A stretch of 64,000 nt of DNA from a virus. The translations under genes and the position numbers were made by a program. Within the stretch, counting starts at the first letter, position 1, and each line of letters opens with the position of its first letter. The notes beneath the pieces were generated by a model. It saw only the letters and a list, made by a program, of their open reading frames with translations. It was not told the origin of the DNA and searched no databases. The stretch spans positions 67,085 through 131,084 of the IMG/VR virus record IMGVR_UViG_3300015370_000568; one strand, written 5' to 3'. Positions 38,500 to 49,061 of this stretch are shown piece after piece.

Positions 38500-41400
38500 T
38501 TACTCCGGAGAAGGTCCAAGACGAGATGCCTTGCCAAAAGGCTTTCCAATCGAAGTAAGGTCGCCACAGTATGCAGAAAGTTCCGCCATAGCGTCGTAGA
38601 TACCACTTGCTCCATCACTAAACCATTTTACTGCTTCACCAACTGGTCGCCAGAACCAACTGGTTTGAGTATATCTGGTACCAAGACCAGCAGAAAGGGG
38701 TTTACCATTTAAGACCAAAGGTGTCACACAAATAGGATTACCATACTGAGTATAATGAACAATCTTTTTACCCAACATGGCTATTCCCAACATACTACCA
38801 GTTAACAAAGCCCCTCCTGCAATAGGAGTCGAGGCAACAACTAATCCACCAGCAGCAGAACCACTATAGGAAACACCGCCGGGAAGTAGTTTCTGAACAT
38901 AATTCATCCAAGCTGGAGCACCTTCACCTTCAGGACCAGCATTCAAGTTGGCAGTATTATAACCATACATACCCTGAACTAGATAACCAAGAGCATCATG
39001 AACAGACATGGATGCCCATTCTCCTATAGATACACACATTCTGGGCTTGATAATAGTAATAAAGCCCGTCTCCTTACTTAATGTATGAGTAACAGCACCT
39101 ACTTCAATAGGCCCGACCATATCGGAATAAGTATCAAGAATGAAGATGATATCGTGAACTTTGATATCAGGATTCCCTAGAAGAACTAGTTCGCCAGTAT
39201 AGGCCTTTCGATATCCTTTCTTTAGAGCCGAGAGAGCATATCTGACTGCCATAATCTTGGATTCACAGTTAATCATCTCTTCGCCAGCTAGACGAAGTTC
39301 TCTAACCAGATGGTCAGGAATAGTCGCATGGCCTTTCATCTCGACTACTCCACTATCATGAGCATGACTTTCGAACTCGAACTGTTGAGTATCTTCATTG
39401 AAGCCGTCAACTTCGTTGTACTCAACAGCTACAGTATTAGCTACACCTTCAGGACTACTCCTAATATTGTTTGAAATGATATTGCCCCAAGAGGTAGCAA
39501 CATGGTAATTACGGAATGGCTTAATTTGTTCGCGGCCTAAACCTTCTTGTAGAAGTAATTTATCCCGGTACTGTGCTATAAACCTACGTTCTACTTTTTG
39601 ATAACTCTCGATAGACTGATTCAATAACCAAGAACTTGAACCTACATCAGGCAACCACCCTGGCCAACCTAATATCTGAGTTAGTCCTTCATGCCATTTA
39701 TTGACAATACCTTCTGTCTCTTCTTCAAAAGGCTTTATAACTTCTTTCTCTATCTCTTGCTGTTCATGTGTCTTTAAGCCTCTAGCAAAATAGAATTGAC
39801 TAGGAACGCCAAAAAACATAGTCATTCTGGGTCCCCAGGTGTCTTGATAATGCACAGGGTAGGCAATACACTCAGGATGTCGTAAAGTCATCTCCTGAAA
39901 AACATCCCAGATTGTAGTTCGATAGATAAAGTAGCGGAGATTGCTAGCAAAAAACCAACCTCCTCCACCAGATAGTTCTGAATCAGGAGGAAAAAGATTA
40001 TCATCAGAAGGGTCTAGAATTACTTGCCAAGTTTTAGTTAGAGCATCTCGGGAAGGATTCCGTTCATAAGGTTCCCACCGACCAAAGTGTTTCATCTCAG
40101 GTTCTGCCAGGAGTTCAGATAATAGCTCTCCTGTCTCTGCATCATCGCCAAAGAAAGTTCCTGTCTCTTTCTCAGAAGGCTCTTCTAATCCTTTAATCAC
40201 TTGTACAAGTTCATAGCCATAAGAATCAACAACGATAGTTACTACGTCAGTAGTTTCGTTGAATTCAACACCTGACACAGTGCCAACAAGGAGAGGAGTC
40301 AGTTTATCAGGATTGGCATCATAGCCCATCTTGAGTTCAACTTTGAGTCCTTCTTGGAGTAAGAATGACTTGATAGGATTCTCTTGTTCTGTATCCATAT
40401 CTTTAATATTCTGACTCTCCCCCTTATTTGTCAGATTAGTCTCATCAGCTCCAAAAGCTCCAGGGTCACCGGCAAATCTTCTATTAGAAAGATTACCCCC
40501 GACATTAGAAAGAGTAATCACTGCATTGGAGACAGGGTTATCCTCATCACTATGGAAAGTAATTGAATGGACTGCCGAGTATGAAAAGAAATCATCAAAT
40601 TGATGAACTGTCCGACGATTTTCATCTCGGTCTTCTTCAATGAAGTAGAGCTTGAAAGTTGGAAATGCCCGGCGCATTGTATAAGTATTATTCTTGAGCA
40701 ATGACTCTTTAAGACTCTTCAGACTTCTATCTAGTAATGAATCTCCAAGTTTATATCCTTCTCCCCAAGCTCTTTTCCCTACCTCTGAAGCAATAGACTT
40801 GTTGAGTACAAAATCAGGGTCAACCTTCCCTGCTCTTATATATCCCGAAGGAATAATTCCAATAGCTTCCTGAAGTTTACCCCTATCTCGAATATGACAT
40901 TCAAAATGTAAATGTCCTTGTTTTGGGTCTTGTCCACTACGACTTCTCTCATCACAACCTGGGAAAATTGGTCCGAGAGATTGTCCTTTCTTAACTTCAT
41001 CTCCGACTTTGACAGGAATATGTGACCGAATATCCATATGCCAATACTGAGTAGCAAGACCTACTTGAGGATGTTCAACTGTAATGACAGTAGAATAATC
41101 TCGGCCATCAAGGACTTTATATCCCTGTTTGATACTAGATACTCTACCATCAGCAATAGACAAAGCATCAGCATCTGACTGACCATTAGCATCTCGACTA
41201 TCAGTAGGCCAATCTTGTCCATAATGAAAAGAATTGCCACGCCAGCCAAAAGGAGAAATCACTCCACCATACATAAAGATAGGCTTATCTAATGGCTTTC
41301 CAAACTGTTCACGAGCTGCTGTTACTCCTCTTGACGCAGACGACCCTACAGAGCCTCTAACAATATCATTAGCTCCTAGACCATGAGTAATAGCCCCTTC

Positions 41401-44295
41401 ATTCTTTACTTTGAATTGCGCGTCTATAATAGAATCATATCCATTCACTACATTCTCGTCTGCCCAAAAAGCAGGACCGGAGAACTTGCCGTTTCTTTGA
41501 ATTTTCTTAGCTATAGAAGCATTACGACGCTGTCCAGTATCAATCTGGTCAGTCAAATAATTTCGTGCCGCCATTGCTGTTTTACCAGCACGACCTTTTG
41601 TGTTTACTATTTTGCTAATATTGCTATCAAGGGCAGCTCTCTCAGCCTTGGACAGATGATTCTTTAGATAGACTTCATTAATCCAAGACAAGAGAGTTGT
41701 ATCATCTCCTCGGCCATGGTCCATCAAAAACTTATACTGACCTTGAACAATATCTTTAGCCGTATCAACCATTGCTCCTAAAGCTACAGGATCCCAAGCA
41801 ACAGCTCCTTCGTCATAGAAATAGAAGTCAGGATTGATAAAGTCTCCACGCTGAGCTTCTTCAATTGTTTCCAAAGCCATATCAGGATAACAACTATTGC
41901 CTCCCAGAAGTCCTATCTTCTTGATTCTCTCCCAGATATCCATGAAATCAGTGACATTCTTTAGATATCCACGACGAATGATATTGCCGCAAATAGCCCA
42001 AATCTGTAAATCAATCTCTCGAACAGCTTTCAAGAGAATCTTCTTTAAGTTATCCTGAGTATTCTGTGATAAACCAGCTACCTCAATCAACGGTCTACGG
42101 CCTACAGTTACTTGACCTAATGGAGGATTTACAACAGAGATAGGAGTTTTACCAGACGAGACAGAAGGAATATAAGAAAGATCAGACTTCTCACTATAAT
42201 CTTGACGAAGAGAATAATCTTGATGGTACTTGCCACCAAGAGGAGCTGTGTCTTTAGTGACTGTCCCACGATTATAAAAGGCCAAACCCTTTCTAGCTTG
42301 GTCTACCAAGAAAGAACCAGCAAGTGTCGAAGCTGTTAACTCTGATTCAAAATGAACAAGGATAGCCAAAGTGTCAGAGATTCTAATATCCGAGAATGCT
42401 TCAGAGATTTCTTTGTTAAGTTTTGGTGTCGAAATACTTTGTAGATAGCTAGTCAGTTTTGCTCCCATTAAAGGAACGCCTGCATCTGTTCCCTTTTGAT
42501 GCATTTGAACCATTGCAGAAAGAGAATTAAAACCTTCTGCAATACCTGGAATACCATTATTAAGCACAGGAAGTAACTGACTCTTCACAAAATCTATCAG
42601 AAAACTCATCCCTCCTGGGTCTTGTACTAATCTTCCCCATCCTCGTTTAACTACCCACTGAGGCATATAACCAGGTGTCTTTTGTCTATCCCAAAGATTT
42701 GCTCTTACTGCTCCTAATTCACTAGAATCACCATTATCTAGGTCCATGAGATTCTTGAACTTTTCTAATAGAGCTTCTTGAATTTTGGGTTCAGTATCCA
42801 AGTAAGGAGTATAAGCCAAGTCTTGATTAACATCTTTGGCCGCAGCATCAACTGAAAAAGAAAGAGAGGCGGCATACTGACCTGGATTTCCTTCAATAGT
42901 AGTAACACTCAAGTTCTCGGGGACTAGATACTCTACTCCAAACATTGCAAGAAAATCATTTACCACAATCAAAGGATTTGAACGAGAGAATGCCCGCATT
43001 CGTAAAGAATTCTCTTGTAGAGCATCCCAACAAGATTGTAAATCGGAAATAGCTTCTGACCCATCCACTAACAGGTTAATCATTACTTTTCTATCAGCAC
43101 CACCGACATGTTGAATAGTAGCATACTGATGACCGGCAAGAGGAAGCTGTACGTAATGATTAACATGTTGGAAAGCAAGGTCAGTTACTACAAAAGAAGG
43201 AGGATGAATAGGTAGATTCCTGCTGCGCCACATTACATCAAATTTGGCAAGATGAGCAGCTGTTCTGGTAAAACTCGTAAGCCCAAGAGGAGATGCAGCC
43301 ATGTTGATAGTCTCATCTCCAAGTAACCGCCAGCCACCTTTCTGAAGAATTTCCCAGACCTCAGAAAAATCACGAAGCTCTCCCATTATTGATCTCTCAA
43401 TAACGTAGCTTAACTCATGAGCTACCTCTATAGCTTCGCCCCAATTATCAGTAGCTTTTTCTTGTAACTCTTTAGCTCTTTCAAGAATAGTCAAAAATAT
43501 CTTTTCAAACTGTTCCTGTTGAAACATCAGATGTTGATCTTCAGCATCAAGATCAGCATCTTGTTCTGGAGTCTGAACTTTTCCTTCTCCAGCTTCACTT
43601 GTCTTCTTCGTCTCTCTTTTTACCAGATCAAACTCAGTCCAAATGAAACGAAGATCTACTTGAGCCCTGGCCGGAGGATAGATGACATAATGTCGATCCA
43701 CCATAGCTCTGCTAACCCAATCCATCCAGGGAACACTATTTTGTGGATTATCAGCGGCAACAGGTTCTTCATTCTCTTTGACATAGTCTTTGACAAACCG
43801 ATAGCCAGACGAAAAAGGAAAATAGTTAAACCAGTCAATAACTAGTTCTAAAGAAAGATGATCTCGGTCTCCCTTGTTAGTATGAACAATAGCAGAGCGT
43901 ACACATCCGGCCATATTTCTGACATCATTAGCATTAGCTGTCATATTCTGACGAACATACTCATTGTCGATATAGACATAGGGAGTAAGAGAAATCTCAG
44001 CCATCAAGCGTTGGAGTTTATCGATATCTTCTTTTCCAATAAACTCGATAGCAAGTTGAATCTGGGCTGCGGAATGACCACTTCTGATATGTAGAGGCGT
44101 AGAAGAACGAACAACATCCCAACGGAAGTTATGAGGAGTCTTGTCAATCTTGATACTGGTAGGAGGAATATTCAGTCTGATATCGTTTAACCAGAAAGCA
44201 TCATTACCATATTTTCCTGTCCCACTAAATTCCGCCACTATATCTCTCCTAATACCATATCTTCCGCTTGTCTCTGAGAGAGCTTGTTTCGCCAA
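38500..44295 (-). CDS. Baseplate hub/tail-associated lysin with internal M23 peptidase
   Basis: M23 motifs FHYGQD (HxxxD), QYWHM, VKVGDEVKKGQ, GHLHFE near 40900-41260. Hub-like KMGY, TIWDVF and GNPDIKVHD...VTHTLS...GFIT. Confidence 0.8.
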   Translation of the reverse strand: MAKQALSETSGRYGIRRDIVAEFSGTGKYGNDAFWLNDIRLNIPPTSIKIDKTPHNFRWDVVRSSTPLHIRSGHSAAQIQLAIEFIGKEDIDKLQRLMAEISLTPYVYIDNEYVRQNMTANANDVRNMAGCVRSAIVHTNKGDRDHLSLELVIDWFNYFPFSSGYRFVKDYVKENEEPVAADNPQNSVPWMDWVSRAMVDRHYVIYPPARAQVDLRFIWTEFDLVKRETKKTSEAGEGKVQTPEQDADLDAEDQHLMFQQEQFEKIFLTILERAKELQEKATDNWGEAIEVAHELSYVIERSIMGELRDFSEVWEILQKGGWRLLGDETINMAASPLGLTSFTRTAAHLAKFDVMWRSRNLPIHPPSFVVTDLAFQHVNHYVQLPLAGHQYATIQHVGGADRKVMINLLVDGSEAISDLQSCWDALQENSLRMRAFSRSNPLIVVNDFLAMFGVEYLVPENLSVTTIEGNPGQYAASLSFSVDAAAKDVNQDLAYTPYLDTEPKIQEALLEKFKNLMDLDNGDSSELGAVRANLWDRQKTPGYMPQWVVKRGWGRLVQDPGGMSFLIDFVKSQLLPVLNNGIPGIAEGFNSLSAMVQMHQKGTDAGVPLMGAKLTSYLQSISTPKLNKEISEAFSDIRISDTLAILVHFESELTASTLAGSFLVDQARKGLAFYNRGTVTKDTAPLGGKYHQDYSLRQDYSEKSDLSYIPSVSSGKTPISVVNPPLGQVTVGRRPLIEVAGLSQNTQDNLKKILLKAVREIDLQIWAICGNIIRRGYLKNVTDFMDIWERIKKIGLLGGNSCYPDMALETIEEAQRGDFINPDFYFYDEGAVAWDPVALGAMVDTAKDIVQGQYKFLMDHGRGDDTTLLSWINEVYLKNHLSKAERAALDSNISKIVNTKGRAGKTAMAARNYLTDQIDTGQRRNASIAKKIQRNGKFSGPAFWADENVVNGYDSIIDAQFKVKNEGAITHGLGANDIVRGSVGSSASRGVTAAREQFGKPLDKPIFMYGGVISPFGWRGNSFHYGQDWPTDSRDANGQSDADALSIADGRVSSIKQGYKVLDGRDYSTVITVEHPQVGLATQYWHMDIRSHIPVKVGDEVKKGQSLGPIFPGCDERSRSGQDPKQGHLHFECHIRDRGKLQEAIGIIPSGYIRAGKVDPDFVLNKSIASEVGKRAWGEGYKLGDSLLDRSLKSLKESLLKNNTYTMRRAFPTFKLYFIEEDRDENRRTVHQFDDFFSYSAVHSITFHSDEDNPVSNAVITLSNVGGNLSNRRFAGDPGAFGADETNLTNKGESQNIKDMDTEQENPIKSFLLQEGLKVELKMGYDANPDKLTPLLVGTVSGVEFNETTDVVTIVVDSYGYELVQVIKGLEEPSEKETGTFFGDDAETGELLSELLAEPEMKHFGRWEPYERNPSRDALTKTWQVILDPSDDNLFPPDSELSGGGGWFFASNLRYFIYRTTIWDVFQEMTLRHPECIAYPVHYQDTWGPRMTMFFGVPSQFYFARGLKTHEQQEIEKEVIKPFEEETEGIVNKWHEGLTQILGWPGWLPDVGSSSWLLNQSIESYQKVERRFIAQYRDKLLLQEGLGREQIKPFRNYHVATSWGNIISNNIRSSPEGVANTVAVEYNEVDGFNEDTQQFEFESHAHDSGVVEMKGHATIPDHLVRELRLAGEEMINCESKIMAVRYALSALKKGYRKAYTGELVLLGNPDIKVHDIIFILDTYSDMVGPIEVGAVTHTLSKETGFITIIKPRMCVSIGEWASMSVHDALGYLVQGMYGYNTANLNAGPEGEGAPAWMNYVQKLLPGGVSYSGSAAGGLVVASTPIAGGALLTGSMLGIAMLGKKIVHYTQYGNPICVTPLVLNGKPLSAGLGTRYTQTSWFWRPVGEAVKWFSDGASGIYDAMAELSAYCGDLTSIGKPFGKASRLGPSPE

Positions 44296-47200
44296 TTACG
44301 GACATTGACATTAATGTTAGCACGATTCCTTGTTACTTGCGAGAGTTCACTAGCTAATTGATTGGCATCAACATCTGCTCTCGGACGAGCTGATATTTCG
44401 GCTCGCCAAGTATTTTGAACAAATCTACCAGCCTTCTGAATATAAGCCTTGGGACTAGCCATAATTCCAGCAGGAGCCCCAGGATGTCCCTGAAGCATTA
44501 ACCCAGGTTGAGAAGGCCCAAGAGGTAAATCAGTTCCCGACCTCCGCCCCATATCCGGTCTAGGCGGAGCTTTGTCTCCAGATACTACAGGACCTGGAGA
44601 CGAAAAGAATGACCCAATTGCTAAAGCTCCTGCAAATCCAAATGCTAAAGGTGTAGCATGAGGTAGGATACGCTCTCCAGCTTGAGCTAATCTCCGAAAT
44701 GCTGAAGTAGCTCCTGAAGCTAAACGCTCACCCAAAGCTTCTTTTCCTGCTCCTCCAACAAGCATTTCCATACCCGGAAAGATATCTAATAATCTCCTGG
44801 ACTTCTGAGCTGTCAAGCCGAAAGCTTCTGCCATAGAGACTTTAGCTCTTGGATTAGTGATATGGCGCATAAGAGTAGCAGGACTAACTTTAGCTGTTGG
44901 GTCTACAATTTGAAGTTGTTTCCCCAAGTCAAAGAGACGACCCAAATCACTTTCAAGATTATAGGCTTTAAGAGACATAGCTTCTTGAGCTGTACCAGAT
45001 AATCCAGCCATTAGAGATACAGACCCACCACCAAACATCTTTGTTGCCGCTTGTCTAAATGGATCTGTTGAACCTCTAGCATCTACAGCACTACGAAGAT
45101 ATCCAGCTATACCCCCTATTGCCTGTTGTCTTTGTTGTGCTGATGCTGCTGGATTCATACCTAGTTTCATCCAGTTAGCTACATTTTGAGCTTCTCTTGC
45201 AGCTGTCTCCATCTGTGCAGTACTATAGTGTCTTGCCGAAATAGGGACCTGTTCTACAAGACCTAATAGACTCCCTAGTTTTAATGCTTCGTCTGTCCCA
45301 ACAGCTCCACCTTCCAAACCATGTAATACACCAGCTCGTAAAGCACTAGAAGGAACAGAAATGATTCCTGTCATCATCTTTTCCATCTGTCCTTTAGTAG
45401 CTTCGAGTTGTCGAATCTTATCCAAAGACATACCTGCTGGCAGTTCTCCTCCAGGAGCTTTCATGCCTTCAGAAATCAAAGCATAACGCATAGCCTCAGA
45501 TTGAACCATTTTCTGAGTAGTAATAGCTTTGGTTTCAGAAGGAAGGAAAAAGAGATTACCATGGTCAGCATCATAGTCACCGAAAGCAGCTGCTAATTCA
45601 TCTACTCGCCATCTCTTAGTCTTCCCCCCAAGAGATACTTCCATTGCTTGTTCAGGCATCAAGAGTTGTGATTTCTTGAGTGTTGGGTCAATCCGAGCTC
45701 TAACAGTCTGTAAACTTAATGGATGAATAGTAGGGTGCCGCCAGAAAGCTGATATAGCTCCTTCTTCAGACCAAAGAGCTTTCTGAACTCTTTTAGCTTC
45801 TGCTGCTCCCCGTATTCTTTTAACTTCTCCCAGCATCTCAGACGCATCATGCTGACTGACTGCTACCTGACCAGCTTTTAACTTAAGACTTTGTTCCATA
45901 GCTGTGATAGTAAGAAACCTACTCATTGGAATCTTACCTCTGAGTAATCCTTTGACATTTGAACCGCTACCAAAACCAGTCAGAGTAGCAAATAGAGCCG
46001 GGTTAATACCTCTTTCTAGAGCAGCAGTAGCACGAGCAGAAGCTTCTGCAGGAGACCTACCAAGTTCTGTTGCTCGCATTGCTTCAATAACTTCAGAGAA
46101 TGGCTCAACAAGATAATTACGAATAGGTGTGCCGCCAGGAACATCTCTGGCGCCCATCATGAATTCCATATGTTGAGTCCCTGGTACCCAGAACTTTTCT
46201 ACATTCGCTTCTATCCCACCAAGATTCATAGCAAGAGTGCCTTTAGGTTTGGCCCAAAAACCTTGTCCTCCACGAGCTTCAATCATTTCAGCTAATTCAT
46301 GGGCAGAAGAAGGAATCATTTCAAGAGGAACTGCCTCTCCTGTTTTAGTAGTAGCCTGGCCCATAATAGACCTTACAGATTCAAGTAATTCTGCCCCGGC
46401 AGCTTCTAATTCAGGAGCCTGCCATCTACGTGCTTTCAAGAGTTCTGCCATAACTACTTGTCCTTCTGGTCCATAATGAGCACTTGTAAACAACATACGT
46501 GGCTCAATAGAACCCATCCCTCCAGCTCCTAGCTCAGTAGTAGGACCTTTGGATGCAAGACGGAACACCCCTTGAAGTCGTAATGGGTCTTTTGCTAACG
46601 CCTGAGCAAATCTTGTTCTTGTCGCACCAGCTCCCATTCCTAATTGTTCTAGTCCAGCTTCTACAGCAGCAGGAGTTTCCATTCCTTTCAAGCCGGCCTC
46701 AGAATAATATCGTAAACCACCAAAGACTTCAGAAATGTGAACAGGAGAAAGAGGCCCATATTGTGTTTCTAATGCTGCTGCTCGTCCTAACATAGTCTCT
46801 GCCATAGTCTGTGGAGACCATCGTTCTGTTTGCATTCTTTGAAACAATCCTTCAACAACCTCTATGTCATGCCGTAACAACTGTATTGCATCAGCTCCTG
46901 CCCGCTTCATCAGCTGTCTTTCTAGTTCCATCAAGCCAGTAAACATTTGTTGATGTTGTAATGCCCGAACTCTTTTCAGTTCTTTAATAGGCGATACTCG
47001 TTCACTTCTGGCTATACCTCGTATAGCATCACGATGTATTTGTCGTACTAACTCAATACGTTCTGCTACTGGTAAATCTGTTCGAGCTTCGACAGCACGA
47101 TAAGCTTCTTCTAAAGAAACCTCTTGTGCCATACTTTTCCAGGCCTGTTTATCAAAAGGCATTTCTACTCGAGGTCCAAAGAAGAACTTAGTTGATACAG

Positions 47201-49061
47201 CAGAACCTGCTTCTACAGGAGGAGTCCATTGAACTTTGACTTCAATTAAATCTTGAATAGCGCTTCCTTTAACTTTAGGAGTACGAGCTAAACTAATAAC
47301 TTCTTCGCCTTCTTCAAGAAGTCTTACTGCTCCTGTTGCTTCTTCAAACCCTAGCTGTTCAAGTCTTCCAAAAGTACCTGGCGCTATAGCCTGGAATTGT
47401 TGGCCGCCAGCCATAAAGTTTCGTAATTTTTCGCCTACATCTAACTCAGATGCTTGAATTCGAATAGTCTTTACAGATGTTCTTTCTGTCAAATCTCGCA
47501 CTATTTGTGATTCTCGTGAAATCCCAGCACCATCAGACATCCATTTAGCTTGACGACGCATAAGGTCATAATCAATAAAAGCAAGTCGCTCTAATGGCTC
47601 TGGAATAGCTTCACCATAAATTGCTGGCTTGAAAGCAGACCATGATAGTCGAGTAGGATCTAATCGTTGAAGTTTTTCAGCAGCTTCAATAGCTTTTGGT
47701 GATGGGCCCCAGTCTCTAATTGTGATTTCAGGTCTTGCTCCTACTCCCCAGAGGTCTCTATATTGACCTTCAGGAGTAAGATAAGAATAGCCAAAAGGGA
47801 TAATATCACTTGTCGGAACAGTACTAACCGTCGAAGCCAAAGAACCTTTAGCCACACCGGCATAACTCATTGGCTTCCCGCCAACAGCTTCAGAAAGAAC
47901 TTCTAGTTTTCCTCCTTCTAGACCGTAAGGAACTAACCGACCTACTGGTCCTCCTTCTGCTAATTGCAGACGAGTAATGTAACCACCGGCACGAAGTTCT
48001 TGGTAAGGTTCAAGTAATCCGCCGATAGCAGGAGTAGATTCACCCCTCCATGTTCCCATTTCAGCTCGATACTGTTTGAACAGACTTCTAGCTGCTTCTG
48101 GACTAGTAGCTGCTTCTATATTGGGTAGATATTGTTCTGCCCGCCAAAGAGCAAATTCAGAGAAAGTCATTGCTCGGCCAGCTACACCTTCTTGTCCATA
48201 TACCATAAACCTACCAGGCATAAAAAGACTTTGCCCAACAGGCCCAGTACTAATCATTCCTCCACCAGGACCAAAAGCCATAGGAACATCCAGATGATGA
48301 GCAACTCCCCCAGCTTCAAATCGAAGCGAGCCTACTCCACCAGCACCAGGATAGACACTAGGAGCATAAGAGAATTGAGCTCCATATTTTGTCTGGAAAT
48401 TAGCAAGCTTCTGTTTCATAAACTCTGAATTACCACTAAGCGCTCTGAAAGCATCCATCCCTACAACTTTACGAACTGGAGAAGCTCTTCCAGACAACCG
48501 AACCATATCCGGATGTCCCTCTCTTGAAGCTTTAAGTAGCTCGAAAAAGTTCTTCCTGAAGTTATCAAAAACGCCCCGAGTTTCATCCAAAGTCTTTCGA
48601 GTACTTAATTCATGGCCAATATGTTCAATGATAGCCTCTGGCGAAATTGCTTTAGCAGTCCCGCTAGTCCCAAACATTTGCATCAGTTTACTATGTTGAC
48701 TTCGATAATGAGGACCTCCATAATAAACAGCTCCTTCCCATGCTGTCCTCAAATGATTAGTTAGAGGAGGTAGAGGACTGGTTTTAGATTGTCCTTCCAA
48801 TACTTTGACTATTCTTTGAACCGCCTCATCTATTTCTACTTGTTCAACTGGCCGTACTCCAGCTTTTTGAACTAACTCTTCTATAGCTGTCCAAGCTTTT
48901 TGAATTCCTTTCCCTCTATCAGCTCCTGCTCGTAAAGTAGCATTAGCAGCCTCAGCTTGTTTGACATTACGAAGAGTAGTTAGAGCACCAACTCCAACAG
49001 CTCCTGCCATAGCCAAGCTAGCTAAAGTACGTCCGCCACTTTCTGTTCGTTCATCAGACAA
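44238..49061 (-). CDS. Tape-measure-like protein containing a putative single-chain two-barrel RNA polymerase domain
   Basis: Ordered motifs MSDGAGIS, STKFFFGPR, GGMGSIEPRM, GLLRGK..SRFLTI, LKAGQVAV, WRHPTIHPLSLQ, AFGDYDADH; hydrophobic Ala/Gly segments near both ends. Confidence 0.72.
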   Translation of the reverse strand: MSDERTESGGRTLASLAMAGAVGVGALTTLRNVKQAEAANATLRAGADRGKGIQKAWTAIEELVQKAGVRPVEQVEIDEAVQRIVKVLEGQSKTSPLPPLTNHLRTAWEGAVYYGGPHYRSQHSKLMQMFGTSGTAKAISPEAIIEHIGHELSTRKTLDETRGVFDNFRKNFFELLKASREGHPDMVRLSGRASPVRKVVGMDAFRALSGNSEFMKQKLANFQTKYGAQFSYAPSVYPGAGGVGSLRFEAGGVAHHLDVPMAFGPGGGMISTGPVGQSLFMPGRFMVYGQEGVAGRAMTFSEFALWRAEQYLPNIEAATSPEAARSLFKQYRAEMGTWRGESTPAIGGLLEPYQELRAGGYITRLQLAEGGPVGRLVPYGLEGGKLEVLSEAVGGKPMSYAGVAKGSLASTVSTVPTSDIIPFGYSYLTPEGQYRDLWGVGARPEITIRDWGPSPKAIEAAEKLQRLDPTRLSWSAFKPAIYGEAIPEPLERLAFIDYDLMRRQAKWMSDGAGISRESQIVRDLTERTSVKTIRIQASELDVGEKLRNFMAGGQQFQAIAPGTFGRLEQLGFEEATGAVRLLEEGEEVISLARTPKVKGSAIQDLIEVKVQWTPPVEAGSAVSTKFFFGPRVEMPFDKQAWKSMAQEVSLEEAYRAVEARTDLPVAERIELVRQIHRDAIRGIARSERVSPIKELKRVRALQHQQMFTGLMELERQLMKRAGADAIQLLRHDIEVVEGLFQRMQTERWSPQTMAETMLGRAAALETQYGPLSPVHISEVFGGLRYYSEAGLKGMETPAAVEAGLEQLGMGAGATRTRFAQALAKDPLRLQGVFRLASKGPTTELGAGGMGSIEPRMLFTSAHYGPEGQVVMAELLKARRWQAPELEAAGAELLESVRSIMGQATTKTGEAVPLEMIPSSAHELAEMIEARGGQGFWAKPKGTLAMNLGGIEANVEKFWVPGTQHMEFMMGARDVPGGTPIRNYLVEPFSEVIEAMRATELGRSPAEASARATAALERGINPALFATLTGFGSGSNVKGLLRGKIPMSRFLTITAMEQSLKLKAGQVAVSQHDASEMLGEVKRIRGAAEAKRVQKALWSEEGAISAFWRHPTIHPLSLQTVRARIDPTLKKSQLLMPEQAMEVSLGGKTKRWRVDELAAAFGDYDADHGNLFFLPSETKAITTQKMVQSEAMRYALISEGMKAPGGELPAGMSLDKIRQLEATKGQMEKMMTGIISVPSSALRAGVLHGLEGGAVGTDEALKLGSLLGLVEQVPISARHYSTAQMETAAREAQNVANWMKLGMNPAASAQQRQQAIGGIAGYLRSAVDARGSTDPFRQAATKMFGGGSVSLMAGLSGTAQEAMSLKAYNLESDLGRLFDLGKQLQIVDPTAKVSPATLMRHITNPRAKVSMAEAFGLTAQKSRRLLDIFPGMEMLVGGAGKEALGERLASGATSAFRRLAQAGERILPHATPLAFGFAGALAIGSFFSSPGPVVSGDKAPPRPDMGRRSGTDLPLGPSQPGLMLQGHPGAPAGIMASPKAYIQKAGRFVQNTWRAEISARPRADVDANQLASELSQVTRNRANINVNVRNWRNKLSQRQAEDMVLGEI

